A stretch of DNA of 64,000 nucleotides. It comes from Occultella glacieicola. GTDB taxonomy: Bacteria; Actinomycetota; Actinomycetes; Actinomycetales; Beutenbergiaceae. Below the pieces are notes generated by a model that worked only from the letters and a program-made list of their open reading frames with translations, was not told where the DNA came from and did not search any database. The position numbers and the translations under genes are program-made. Numbering within the stretch: position 1 is the first letter of the stretch; each line of letters opens with the position of its first letter. The stretch is taken from the NCBI RefSeq assembly GCF_004353825.1, contig NZ_SMNA01000005.1, positions 310,001-374,000 of the forward strand, given 5' to 3'. Of this stretch, positions 1 through 9,431 are shown piece after piece.

Positions 1-1
1 T

Positions 2-298
2 CTCTGGATCAGCACCGACGGCAACGCCCTCGGCACGAACGACGGCCTGTTCGGGGTCGCCGTCGACGGGGAGTACCGGGGTCAGGTCAAGCAGTTCCTG
101 ACCGTGCCGACCTCCGCGGAGACCTGCGGTCCGAAGGTCACCGAGACCCGCGTGCTGGTGTGCGTGCAGCACCCGGGCGAGGCGTCCGGCGCCTCGTTCG
201 AGAACCAGTTCTCGCACTGGCCCGACGGCGGCACGTCCGTCCCGCGGCCGTCGGTCGTCGTGGCGTGGCGTCCGGACGGCATCCGGATCGGCCGCTGA
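2..298 (+). CDS. PhoX-family (DUF839) alkaline phosphatase, C-terminal part (5' truncated by window)
   Basis: Frame 2 reads LWISTDGNALGTNDGLF...VPTSAETCGP...VCVQHPGE...HWPDGG...PRPSVV, the typical PhoX C-terminus. Confidence 0.85.
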   Translation, partial: LWISTDGNALGTNDGLFGVAVDGEYRGQVKQFLTVPTSAETCGPKVTETRVLVCVQHPGEASGASFENQFSHWPDGGTSVPRPSVVVAWRPDGIRIGR

Positions 299-326
299 CC
301 GACCCGCACCGGCCCGCACTCGAACC

Positions 327-359
327 GAGGGCCACCCGCCGAGCCGGCGGGTGGCCCTC
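327..359. terminator. Perfect 15-bp hairpin between convergent genes (probable bidirectional terminator)
   Basis: GAGGGCCACCCGCCG-agc-CGGCGGGTGGCCCTC. Confidence 0.75.
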
Positions 360-376
360 CTGGCGTCGTCCGCCCG

Positions 377-1852
<1,476 letters not shown>

Positions 1853-1941
1853 GGGTCGCCATCTTGGCAGAGGCCGGCGGCCGGGCAACACCTTTCGGAC
1901 TCCCCGCCCGGGCGGATGCCGACCTGTCCTACGATCGGGGG

Positions 1942-2193
1942 GTGCTCCCCTCCCCCGACCGCCCGGCGCCGAAGGAACTCGCGCCCGCCCGGGTGAACGC
2001 GAAGGCGCTCACCCTGATCGGCATCGGCGCCTGGGTGGCCGCCCTGGTGGTGTTCGGGGTGCTGCACCTGACCGGAACCGTCATCGACGGTCGCTGGCCC
2101 CTGATCTGCATCACCGGCGTGGTGCTGGGCTGGATCGGTTTCTGGTGGCTGCACCGCGTCCACCTCATCAACGACGAAGGAATCTCCGAGTGA
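1942..2193 (+). CDS. DUF2530-like small two-TM membrane protein
   Basis: Pro-rich N-terminus, then GIGAWVAALVV and WPLICITGVVLGWIG helices; usual position next to NCS2 permease; start uncertain. Confidence 0.65.
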   Translation: MLPSPDRPAPKELAPARVNAKALTLIGIGAWVAALVVFGVLHLTGTVIDGRWPLICITGVVLGWIGFWWLHRVHLINDEGISE

Positions 2194-3125
2194 AACTGCT
2201 GCTGCCGACCTCGATCCCGCTGTCCGTCACGGTGCCCGACGGCGTCACGACCGCCACGTACGACAACGCCGCCCCGATCCCGGACGAGCACCGCGACGCC
2301 GAGGCGATCGTGGTGTGGGCGATCTCCGGTCAGCGGCTCGCCGACATGGTCGCGGAACTGCCGCGGCTGCGCTGGATCCAGGCGCTGATGGCCGGCACGG
2401 ACGCGGTGGCCGCGGCCGGGTTCGACCCCTCCGTGGTGGTGACGTCGGGTGGCGGTCTCCATGACGCACCGGTCGCCGAGCACACCCTCGGCCTGATCCT
2501 CGCCGCTGCCCGGCGCCTCGACGTGGCGGTCCGGGCCGGCGACGCCCACGAGTGGTACTCCGACCCGTCCGCGCACCAGTCGTTCGGGACCACCGAGACG
2601 TTCAGCACCCTGTACGGGGCGAAGGTCGTGATCTGGGGGTTCGGCGGGATCGGGACCCGGCTGGCCGGCCACCTGACCGGCCTCGGCGCCGAGGTGGTCG
2701 GCGTGGCCACTACGGCCGGGGAGCGCAGCGGCTACCGGGTGATCACCCCCGCGGACCTGCCGGGCGAACTGACCGACGCCGACGTGCTCGTGGACATCCT
2801 CCCGGCGCTGCCGACCACGCAGAACGTGGTCGACGCCGCCATCCTGGGCGCGCTCCCCACCCATGCCTGGTTCGTGAACGTCGGCCGCGGCGCCACCGTG
2901 GACGAGGCGGCACTCAAGCAGGCACTCACCGACGGCACCATCGGCGGGGCGGCATTGGACGTCTTCGCCACCGAGCCGCTGCCCGCCGGCGACCCGCTCT
3001 GGGGCTCCCCCAACCTGATCGTCACTCCGCACATCGCGGGCGGCCGGCCGCACGACCCGGAGCTGCGGATCGAGGAGAACCTGCGCCGCTTCCTGGCCGG
3101 CGAGGACCTGCTCTACACCGTCTGA
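2190..3125 (+). CDS. D-2-hydroxyacid dehydrogenase family NAD(P)-dependent oxidoreductase
   Basis: GFGGIG, VNVGRGATVDE, ALDVFATEPLP, TPHIAG; GTG overlaps the upstream TGA. Confidence 0.9.
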   Translation: MKLLLPTSIPLSVTVPDGVTTATYDNAAPIPDEHRDAEAIVVWAISGQRLADMVAELPRLRWIQALMAGTDAVAAAGFDPSVVVTSGGGLHDAPVAEHTLGLILAAARRLDVAVRAGDAHEWYSDPSAHQSFGTTETFSTLYGAKVVIWGFGGIGTRLAGHLTGLGAEVVGVATTAGERSGYRVITPADLPGELTDADVLVDILPALPTTQNVVDAAILGALPTHAWFVNVGRGATVDEAALKQALTDGTIGGAALDVFATEPLPAGDPLWGSPNLIVTPHIAGGRPHDPELRIEENLRRFLAGEDLLYTV

Positions 3126-3129
3126 GCGA

Positions 3130-3186
3130 GCGAGGGTGCGATCGGGCGGCGGATCGCGCCGATCGGCCGCAGGACCGCACCCTCGC
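3130..3186. repeat. Long imperfect palindrome between convergent genes (terminator or REP-like)
   Basis: GCGAGGGTGCG...CGCACCCTCGC arms with inner GCGGC/GCCGC and GATC/GATC pairing. Confidence 0.6.
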
Positions 3187-3211
3187 GGGTCGGCGGCGGG
3201 TCAGGGGCGGG

Positions 3212-4081
3212 TCAGCGGGTGGCCCGGGTGATGAAGTCCCGCAGGAGCAGGTTCACGAAGACCGGGTCGCGGGCCATCGGCAGGTGCCCGGCGCCGTCGA
3301 TCTCGACGTGCTCGCCCCCGGTCAGGTCCGCGACGATCCGGCCCCGCTCGGGCGGCTGGCACCGGTCCTCGGTGCCCGTGATCACGAGCACCGGGCACCG
3401 CACGGCCGCGCACGCGGCGCGGGCCGCGGCCTCCCCGGAGTACCTCGACGGCGGCGCACCGACGTCCGCGAGGTTCGCCTCCGCCGTCGGGCCGGCCCAG
3501 GAGACCATGTCCTCGACCTGCTTGCTCGAGTGCGGCTCCGGGAACATCTGGTCGAAGAAGAACCGCGTGAAGGCGGGCCAGTCGCGCTGCCAGTAGTTCC
3601 GGTTGAGCTTGGCCCAGCCCGCCTCGGTGTCGAGCACGGCATCGAAGTCGTGGGCGACCTTCCACGGGTGCGGCGGGGTCAACGGCAGCCCGGGATTGAT
3701 CGCGACGACGCCGCGGACCCGCTCCGGATGCTCGGCGGCCATGATCAGCGCCAGACCGGCGCCGGAGCACACGCCGCACAGCACGGCCGCGGCGGACCCG
3801 ACCTCCGCCAGCACCGCCCAGGCGTCCTCGACCATGCCATCGAACGCGTAGTCGGCCGGGTCCGTGGGCCGGTCCGACCCACCGTTGCCGCGCGGGTCCG
3901 CGGTCACCACCCGGCAGGTCCGGGCCAGGAACGGCACCTGCGCCTTCCAGGCCCGGCCCTGCGCGATGACGTCCGGCATCAGCAGGAACACGGTCGGCCC
4001 GCCGGTGCCGAAGACCTCGTAGTGCGTGCGGACCCCGCGCACGCCGACCTCGCCGGCCCGGGTCGGTGCGAGCGCGCGCAT
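3212..4081 (-). CDS. Alpha/beta hydrolase with Cys at the nucleophile elbow
   Basis: DPRGNGGSDRP, GVCSG, TGTED, GAGHLP; start overlaps the upstream stop (TGATG). Confidence 0.85.
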   Translation of the reverse strand: MRALAPTRAGEVGVRGVRTHYEVFGTGGPTVFLLMPDVIAQGRAWKAQVPFLARTCRVVTADPRGNGGSDRPTDPADYAFDGMVEDAWAVLAEVGSAAAVLCGVCSGAGLALIMAAEHPERVRGVVAINPGLPLTPPHPWKVAHDFDAVLDTEAGWAKLNRNYWQRDWPAFTRFFFDQMFPEPHSSKQVEDMVSWAGPTAEANLADVGAPPSRYSGEAAARAACAAVRCPVLVITGTEDRCQPPERGRIVADLTGGEHVEIDGAGHLPMARDPVFVNLLLRDFITRATR

Positions 4082-6378
4082 CAGAGGAGTTCCGCGAGCA
4101 TCGCCGCGGCCCGCGCCGCGCCGGCGGTCTCCACCGGCAGTGCCGTCGAGGCGCGCCCGATCTCCGCGGCTATCGCGGCCGCGAGCGCGTCCGGGTCGCA
4201 GGCCTCCTCGTACTCGACGCACCGGCCCGCCCGGTACCGCTCGAGCCGGTGCCGCACGTGCACGTTCTGCTCGAAGTGGTGCCGGAGCGGGACGTACAGG
4301 AACGGACGGCCGGCCGCGGCGAGCTCCATCGACGTGGTCAGGCCGCCCTGGACCACGGCCAGGTCGCAGGCACCCAGGTGCCGGTACAGGTCGGGGACGT
4401 ACCCCCGGTAGGTGACCCCACGCCGTCGGGGCAGGTCGTCGGGATCGATCCGCGGACCGGTGACCACGAGGACATGCAGTCCGTCAACCGCCCGGCGCGC
4501 CGCCGGCACGGCGTCCAGGACCCGGTGCAGCAGTGCGGTGCCGACTCCCGAGCCGCCCACGGTGACCACGCAGAGCCGGTCGTCGGCGCCGAGTCCGAGC
4601 CCCCGTCGCAACGCCGCGCGCTCCGCGTCGGTGGGCGGCACGAAGCCGGTGACGTACCCGGCGAAGTCGAAGTTCGCCTCCGTCCACTCGCGGATGCCCG
4701 GCAGCCCCGGCCCGAACGTCAGGTCCACGACGTCGTCGGGGTTCCCGACGAAGATCGAGCGGTCGCGGACCCGGCGGTAGCGCGCCCGCTGCTCGATCAT
4801 CTCCGCGTTGTAGTCGGCCGTGAGCGCCTCCTCGGCGGCGCCGCCGTCGGGCATCGGCACCCACCCGACGAAGTCGGTCATCCACGCGAACGAGAAGCGC
4901 TTGAGCTCGGGGTTCTCGTGCAGGAAGTAGTCGACGTCCCACGCCTCGTCGCCGATGACGAGGTCGTAGTTCTCCTCCCGCACCACGTCGGCGAACACCA
5001 TGAAGTTGTTCACCAGGACCTCGTCCATGCGACGGATGGCCTGGAACGCGTGCAGGTCGTGGTCGGCGGACTCGTCCTCGATGTGGGCCGACTCGTTCGC
5101 GAGCCACGCGGACGCGGGGTGCACCCGCTCCCCGGCGTCGCCCAGCACCCGGGTCACCGGGTGCTGGGTGAGCCAGTCGATCTCCAGGTCCGGGTGGTGC
5201 AGGCGCAACTGCTGGGCGACGGCGAGGTCCCGCCGGGCGTGGCCGAGGCCGATCGGGGAGGACAGGTACAGGGCACGGCGCGGGCGCCGCTGCGCGCGCG
5301 TCCAGGTCCGACGGCGGGGGTTCGGGCTCCAGCGCGGGTCCGGTCGGTCCGTGGTGCTCGGGGCGGGCGGGGCGGCGCGGGCGGTGGTGGCATCCATCGC
5401 GAACTCCTTGATGAGCAGGTTGGTCCGGACCGGGTCCCGGGCGGGCAGGCCGTGGCCGCCGCCCTCGACGAGGACCAGGTCGCCACCGGTGAGGTCGGCG
5501 AGCCGGATCCCGATGGCCGCCGGGCGCAGCGCGTCCTGGACCCCGTGCACCACGAGCACGGGGCAGCGCACCCGCTCGCACAGCGGATCGAGCCTGATCC
5601 GGGTGGCGCCCTCGAGGCCGAGCCGGCCGGCCGTCGTGTCCGCGAGGGTCTGCGGATCGATCTGGTGGGCCCACGCCACCACGTCCTCGATCTGCTTCGT
5701 GGCGTGGGGCTCGGTGAACATCCTCCGGGCGAAGAAGTCGACGTAGTCGTCGTACCCGCCGCCGAGCCAGTACTCCTTGTTGTACTTGGCCCAGCCCTGC
5801 GTGGTGTCGAGCTGGCCGTCCCAGGCGTACCTCTCCCGCTCCGGCGCCGCCACGTCCAGGCCGCAGGACGGCGCGATGGCCACGAGCGCGGCGACCCGGT
5901 CCGGGTGCCCCACGGCGAGGTGGACCGCCCACGCCGCGCCGCAGGAGTAGCCGACGATCACGGCCCGGTCGGTCCCGGTGGCGTCCAGCACGTCGGCCGC
6001 GTCGGCCGCGTACTGCTCGTCGGTGTAGGCCGACGCCCCCGACGGCCGCCCGGCGGCGCCGCTGCCCCGCCCGTCGAACGTGATCACCCGGAAGTACCGG
6101 GCCAGGTAAGGCACCTGCGCCTTCCAGAACCGGGACGGCACGAGCGACCAGGTGGGCAGCAGCAGGATCGTGGTGGGGCCGGACCCGTAGACCGCGTACG
6201 GGATCGCCACGCCGTCCCGGACGGTGACGCCGGTGGTCCCCGGCGCCCGGACCGGCCGTGGCTCGTCCCGGTCCCCGGCCGCGGGGGTGAACCGGAGGAC
6301 CCTGGCTCGCGTCGGGCTGCTTCGCCCGAGCACGGGACGTCCCGTCATGTCCGCAGTGTCCTCCGGTTCGGCACTCAT
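4081..6378 (-). CDS. Alpha/beta hydrolase fused to a GT-B fold glycosyltransferase
   Basis: N-half FDGRGSG, GYSCG, GGGHGL; C-half SSPIGLGHARRD, VTVGGSG, DLAVVQGGLTTSMEL, HFEQ; GAAAGG RBS. Confidence 0.85.
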   Translation of the reverse strand: MSAEPEDTADMTGRPVLGRSSPTRARVLRFTPAAGDRDEPRPVRAPGTTGVTVRDGVAIPYAVYGSGPTTILLLPTWSLVPSRFWKAQVPYLARYFRVITFDGRGSGAAGRPSGASAYTDEQYAADAADVLDATGTDRAVIVGYSCGAAWAVHLAVGHPDRVAALVAIAPSCGLDVAAPERERYAWDGQLDTTQGWAKYNKEYWLGGGYDDYVDFFARRMFTEPHATKQIEDVVAWAHQIDPQTLADTTAGRLGLEGATRIRLDPLCERVRCPVLVVHGVQDALRPAAIGIRLADLTGGDLVLVEGGGHGLPARDPVRTNLLIKEFAMDATTARAAPPAPSTTDRPDPRWSPNPRRRTWTRAQRRPRRALYLSSPIGLGHARRDLAVAQQLRLHHPDLEIDWLTQHPVTRVLGDAGERVHPASAWLANESAHIEDESADHDLHAFQAIRRMDEVLVNNFMVFADVVREENYDLVIGDEAWDVDYFLHENPELKRFSFAWMTDFVGWVPMPDGGAAEEALTADYNAEMIEQRARYRRVRDRSIFVGNPDDVVDLTFGPGLPGIREWTEANFDFAGYVTGFVPPTDAERAALRRGLGLGADDRLCVVTVGGSGVGTALLHRVLDAVPAARRAVDGLHVLVVTGPRIDPDDLPRRRGVTYRGYVPDLYRHLGACDLAVVQGGLTTSMELAAAGRPFLYVPLRHHFEQNVHVRHRLERYRAGRCVEYEEACDPDALAAAIAAEIGRASTALPVETAGAARAAAMLAELL

Positions 6379-6425
6379 CGCCCAGCCTTTCCGCAGTGCC
6401 GCCGACCTCATGTCCGCCCCGGGGG

Positions 6426-7592
6426 TCAGGCCCGGATCTCGAGCACCCGGTTGAACGGGGTCTGGGCCACCGAGGTGAACCGGGTGAAGCCCGCCGCGGT
6501 GGCGACGTCCCGGATCCGGGCCGGGCCGGCCTGGGTGCCGAGGGCCAGACCGACATCCTGGGACAGGGACGCGGGCGTGCACAGCAGCGTGGAGAAGCCG
6601 TAGTACGCCCGGCCCACCGGGTTCAGGTTGTCCTCGACGTGGTCGCCGGCCATCGGCTCGACCACCATCCAGGTCCCGCCCGGCGCGAGGGCCTGCCGAA
6701 CCTGGGTGGCGGCGCCGACCGGGTCACCCATGTCGTGCAGGCAGTCGAACATCGTGATCAGGTCGAAGCCCGAGCCCGGGAGCGCCTGCGCGGGCGCCAC
6801 CTGGAAGTCCACCCGGTCGGCGACCCCCGCGTCCGCGGCCCGGCGCCGGGCGGTGGCGATCGAGGCCTCGTGGTAGTCGGAGCCGACGAACCGCGAGTTC
6901 GGGAACGCCTGGGCCATCAGCACGGTCGAGGCCCCGTGGCCGCAACCGACGTCCGCGACCAGGGCCCCTTCCTGCAGCTTCTCTACGACGCCGTCGAGGG
7001 CGGGCAGCCAGGAATCGATCAGGTTCGCGTTGTAGCTCGGACGGAAGAACCGCTCGCACCCGACGTGCACGTCGGTGACGTGCTCGTGCCAGCCGAAGCC
7101 GGACCCGTTGCGGGCCGCGTCGAGGATGTGGTCGACGTCGTGCACGGTGCCGAGCGCGATCTGGAAGAACCCGGGCAGGAACGCGGGGCTGTCCTCGACC
7201 GTGAGCGCGATGGCCTGCTCCGGCGGCAGGGTGTACCGGCCCGACGGCGGGTCGTAGGTCAGGTAGGCACCCGCGGCCTGGGCGTTCAGCCATTCGCGGG
7301 CGTACGGCTCCGCCGTCCCGGTACGGGCCGCGAGTTCGGCCGGCGTGCTGGGACCGTGCGCGGCCAGGTCGCGGTAGTAGCCGAGCTTGTCGCCTAGGAC
7401 GACCAGGGCGGCGTTCAGGGTGGCGCCGACCTCGTCGACCGCACGGAACACGAACGCCATCAGGGCGTCCATGTCGACGGCGGGGGGTGCCTCCGGCGGC
7501 GCGCTGGCAGCCGACTCGGGGGCGGTCGGCGGGGTGACGGCTGGCGTGCTCGCGGCCTGCTGGGTGCTCGGTGCGGATGTCTCGGTGCTCAT
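6426..7592 (-). CDS. Class I SAM-dependent methyltransferase with N-terminal winged helix (Rv2258c-like)
   Basis: LGDKLGYY...ELAARTG...YAREWLNAQAAG; DVGCGHG; FDCLHDMGDP; GGAGG RBS. Confidence 0.9.
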   Translation of the reverse strand: MSTETSAPSTQQAASTPAVTPPTAPESAASAPPEAPPAVDMDALMAFVFRAVDEVGATLNAALVVLGDKLGYYRDLAAHGPSTPAELAARTGTAEPYAREWLNAQAAGAYLTYDPPSGRYTLPPEQAIALTVEDSPAFLPGFFQIALGTVHDVDHILDAARNGSGFGWHEHVTDVHVGCERFFRPSYNANLIDSWLPALDGVVEKLQEGALVADVGCGHGASTVLMAQAFPNSRFVGSDYHEASIATARRRAADAGVADRVDFQVAPAQALPGSGFDLITMFDCLHDMGDPVGAATQVRQALAPGGTWMVVEPMAGDHVEDNLNPVGRAYYGFSTLLCTPASLSQDVGLALGTQAGPARIRDVATAAGFTRFTSVAQTPFNRVLEIRA

Positions 7593-7752
7593 CGGATCCT
7601 CCGTCGGTTCCTCGGTGTGAAGTGGGTTGTGGTTCGCGGCTGATGCCGTGACTTGAGAACGTAGGTTCGCGCGGCACCGGCCCGCGTCAGGTGCCCCACC
7701 TGGTCCGAACCAGCACCTCACCCGCCCGGCCCCTGGCCTGGCGGGAGCGTCC

Positions 7753-7795
7753 GTGGTGTGATTCCGACGCACCGGGTGGCTCGCAACCGCACCAC
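7753..7795. repeat. Palindromic repeat family A, copy 1
   Basis: GTGGTGTGATTCCGA-cgcaccgggtggc-TCGCAACCGCACCAC. Confidence 0.8.
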
Positions 7796-7821
7796 AGCGG
7801 GTCAGGCATGGGCCGAGGGGA

Positions 7822-7905
7822 CCCACCCCGCTCCGCCCACCCCGCTCCACCCACCCCGCTCCGCCCACCCGGCTCCGCCCACCCCGCTCCGCCCACCCGG
7901 CCCCG
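7822..7905. repeat. Tandem repeat, 6 x 14 bp (CCCACCCCGCTCCG)
   Basis: Six consecutive units with 0-2 mismatches each. Confidence 0.9.
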
Positions 7906-7955
7906 TTCCCCCAGCGCACCGGGCCCACCGCTCCCCGCATGCGGCCCAGCCTGTT

Positions 7956-7996
7956 GTGGTGTGATTGCGAGGCACCCAGCACCTCGCAATCGCACC
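7956..7996. repeat. Palindromic repeat family A, copy 2
   Basis: GTGGTGTGATTGCGAGG-cacccagca-CCTCGCAATCGCACC. Confidence 0.8.
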
Positions 7997-8015
7997 GTTA
8001 GCGCTGAGCGGGGTC

Positions 8016-8966
8016 CTATGTGCAGCGCGGGCAAGGTTCGAGCTCGTCGGCCCAGCCGCGGTGGTGCAGGATCTCGGCGATCCACCGGGCGGTCCGGCAC
8101 GGCGTGGTGAAGGCCAGCCCGTACGTGACCCGCGCGGTCGGCGCCCCGGAGGCAGCCAGTTCGGCCAGGTCGCGGGCAGCGTCATCGTCACGTGCGGCGG
8201 CGTCGCCGTGGAAGGCCAGACCGTCGAGCTCCACCACAAGCCCGAACCGCGTGTACCTGACGTCCTGGTGGGTGCGGATCCCGAGCGACGAGCTCTCGTG
8301 CTGGCGACTCGCGCGCGGAAGCGCGTGGGCGCGCTCGACGTTGTCGCGATAGCCACGCTCGAGTACAGAGCACACGCCGTCGCGCAGGTCGTTGAGCATC
8401 GAGACGATCATCGTTCGCCCGGCAACACGTCGACGGCTGGCGAGCGCGACCAGGATCCGCTCCGGCGTGGTCCGGCGCGACTGTGCGACCCTGGCGAGCG
8501 TGGCGAAACCCGCGGCCACGTCCCCCGCGCGGATGTGCTTCGACATCTCGTCGATCGTCGCGTGCTCGGTCCGCACCCGCGGTGGCGCCCGATGCCACAG
8601 CACCCGTCGCTGGAGGTCGCTCATGCGGCGGACCTCCACGCCCTTCGGCAGCCGGAGAGTGCGGGCGCGTGCGATCGCGATCTGCACGTGCGCCGGAGCC
8701 GGACCGGGCAACGCGGAAGCGCCCGCCAACGCGGCCGGCCACGCCGTCAGCACCGCGGCCCACTCCCGCTGCCGCCGGGTCAGCGGGCCGGTGTGGTTCA
8801 CGAAGACGCCGGGATGGACGCGCCGGAGTTCGCGCCGCCGGAGCATCCGTTCGATGTCATGCAGCAGGGCACCCGCCTCGAGCAACTGCCACCGTGCGAC
8901 CACGCCGTCCTGCACCGAGAGCAGCTCCAATAGGGGCACGCGATCGAGCTCGAACCGTTCCGACAT
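8016..8966 (-). CDS. AbiEi-like N-terminal domain plus DUF559/Vsr-like endonuclease-fold protein
   Basis: QDGVVARWQL...RRVHPGVFVNHTGP N-terminus; SVLERGY and DVRYTRFGLVVELDGLAFH C-terminus. Confidence 0.8.
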   Translation of the reverse strand: MSERFELDRVPLLELLSVQDGVVARWQLLEAGALLHDIERMLRRRELRRVHPGVFVNHTGPLTRRQREWAAVLTAWPAALAGASALPGPAPAHVQIAIARARTLRLPKGVEVRRMSDLQRRVLWHRAPPRVRTEHATIDEMSKHIRAGDVAAGFATLARVAQSRRTTPERILVALASRRRVAGRTMIVSMLNDLRDGVCSVLERGYRDNVERAHALPRASRQHESSSLGIRTHQDVRYTRFGLVVELDGLAFHGDAAARDDDAARDLAELAASGAPTARVTYGLAFTTPCRTARWIAEILHHRGWADELEPCPRCT

Positions 8967-9018
8967 CGCGGCACGGTGTCACGCCTGTAGTAGCAGATGC
9001 CCGATCGCGCGCCCACCC

Positions 9019-9030
9019 CTGTGGACCGCC
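9019..9030 (-). promoter_or_regulatory. Upstream motif GGCGGTCCACAG (shared with 33842-33853)
   Basis: Identical 12-mer 52 nt upstream of the ATG at 8966, in the same orientation relative to the gene. Confidence 0.55.
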
Positions 9031-9079
9031 AGGCGTCGGAGCCACGCCTGTGCGGCACGGGTCAAGCGTCAGCGGGCGC

Positions 9080-9179
9080 TCACGGTCGCACACGCCAGGC
9101 GGCGAGCCCGGCGGGCTCACCCGCACACGCCCCGCCGCGAGCCCGGCCGGTCACCCGCACACGCCCCGCCGCGAGCGCC
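9080..9179. repeat. Degenerate tandem repeat, about 3 x 33-37 bp
   Basis: TCAC(C/G)...CGCACACGCC...GCGAGC recurs three times. Confidence 0.7.
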
Positions 9180-9218
9180 CCAGGATCGCCGCCCCGCAGC
9201 ACAGGTCGGAGCGTCAGC

Positions 9219-9259
9219 GATGTGATTCCGACGCACTGGGCACCTCGGAATCGCACCAC
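9219..9259. repeat. Palindromic repeat family A, copy 3
   Basis: GATGTGATTCCGA-cgcactgggcacc-TCGGAATCGCACCAC. Confidence 0.8.
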
Positions 9260-9348
9260 TGCGGCCCAGGCATGCGAGGGGACCACGCGAGGCGACCGCG
9301 CCCGCACGTTCCTTCCGCTCCGCGCTCGCCGCCCACCGGCCCACTGTT

Positions 9349-9389
9349 GAGGTGTGGTTCCGACGCACCGGGTACGTCGGAACCACATC
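9349..9389. repeat. Palindromic repeat family A, copy 4
   Basis: GAGGTGTGGTTCCGACG-caccgggta-CGTCGGAACCACATC. Confidence 0.8.
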
Positions 9390-9431
9390 GATCCCGCGAA
9401 TTCGACTGCGGCGGCTCCCTACACTTGAGCG

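Noticed and set aside
1853..1941. Purine riboswitch upstream of the NCS2 permease
   Set aside because: Short divergent spacer with no recognisable aptamer core
4066..6603. Long antisense or alternate-frame ORFs (also 23275-25695, 34961-37594, 42118-44823 and others)
   Set aside because: Arg/Gly/Pro-rich shadows of real genes, expected in very high-GC DNA; no recognisable motifs
8016..8966. Complete type IV (AbiE) toxin-antitoxin system
   Set aside because: No AbiEii nucleotidyltransferase partner next to either AbiEi-like gene
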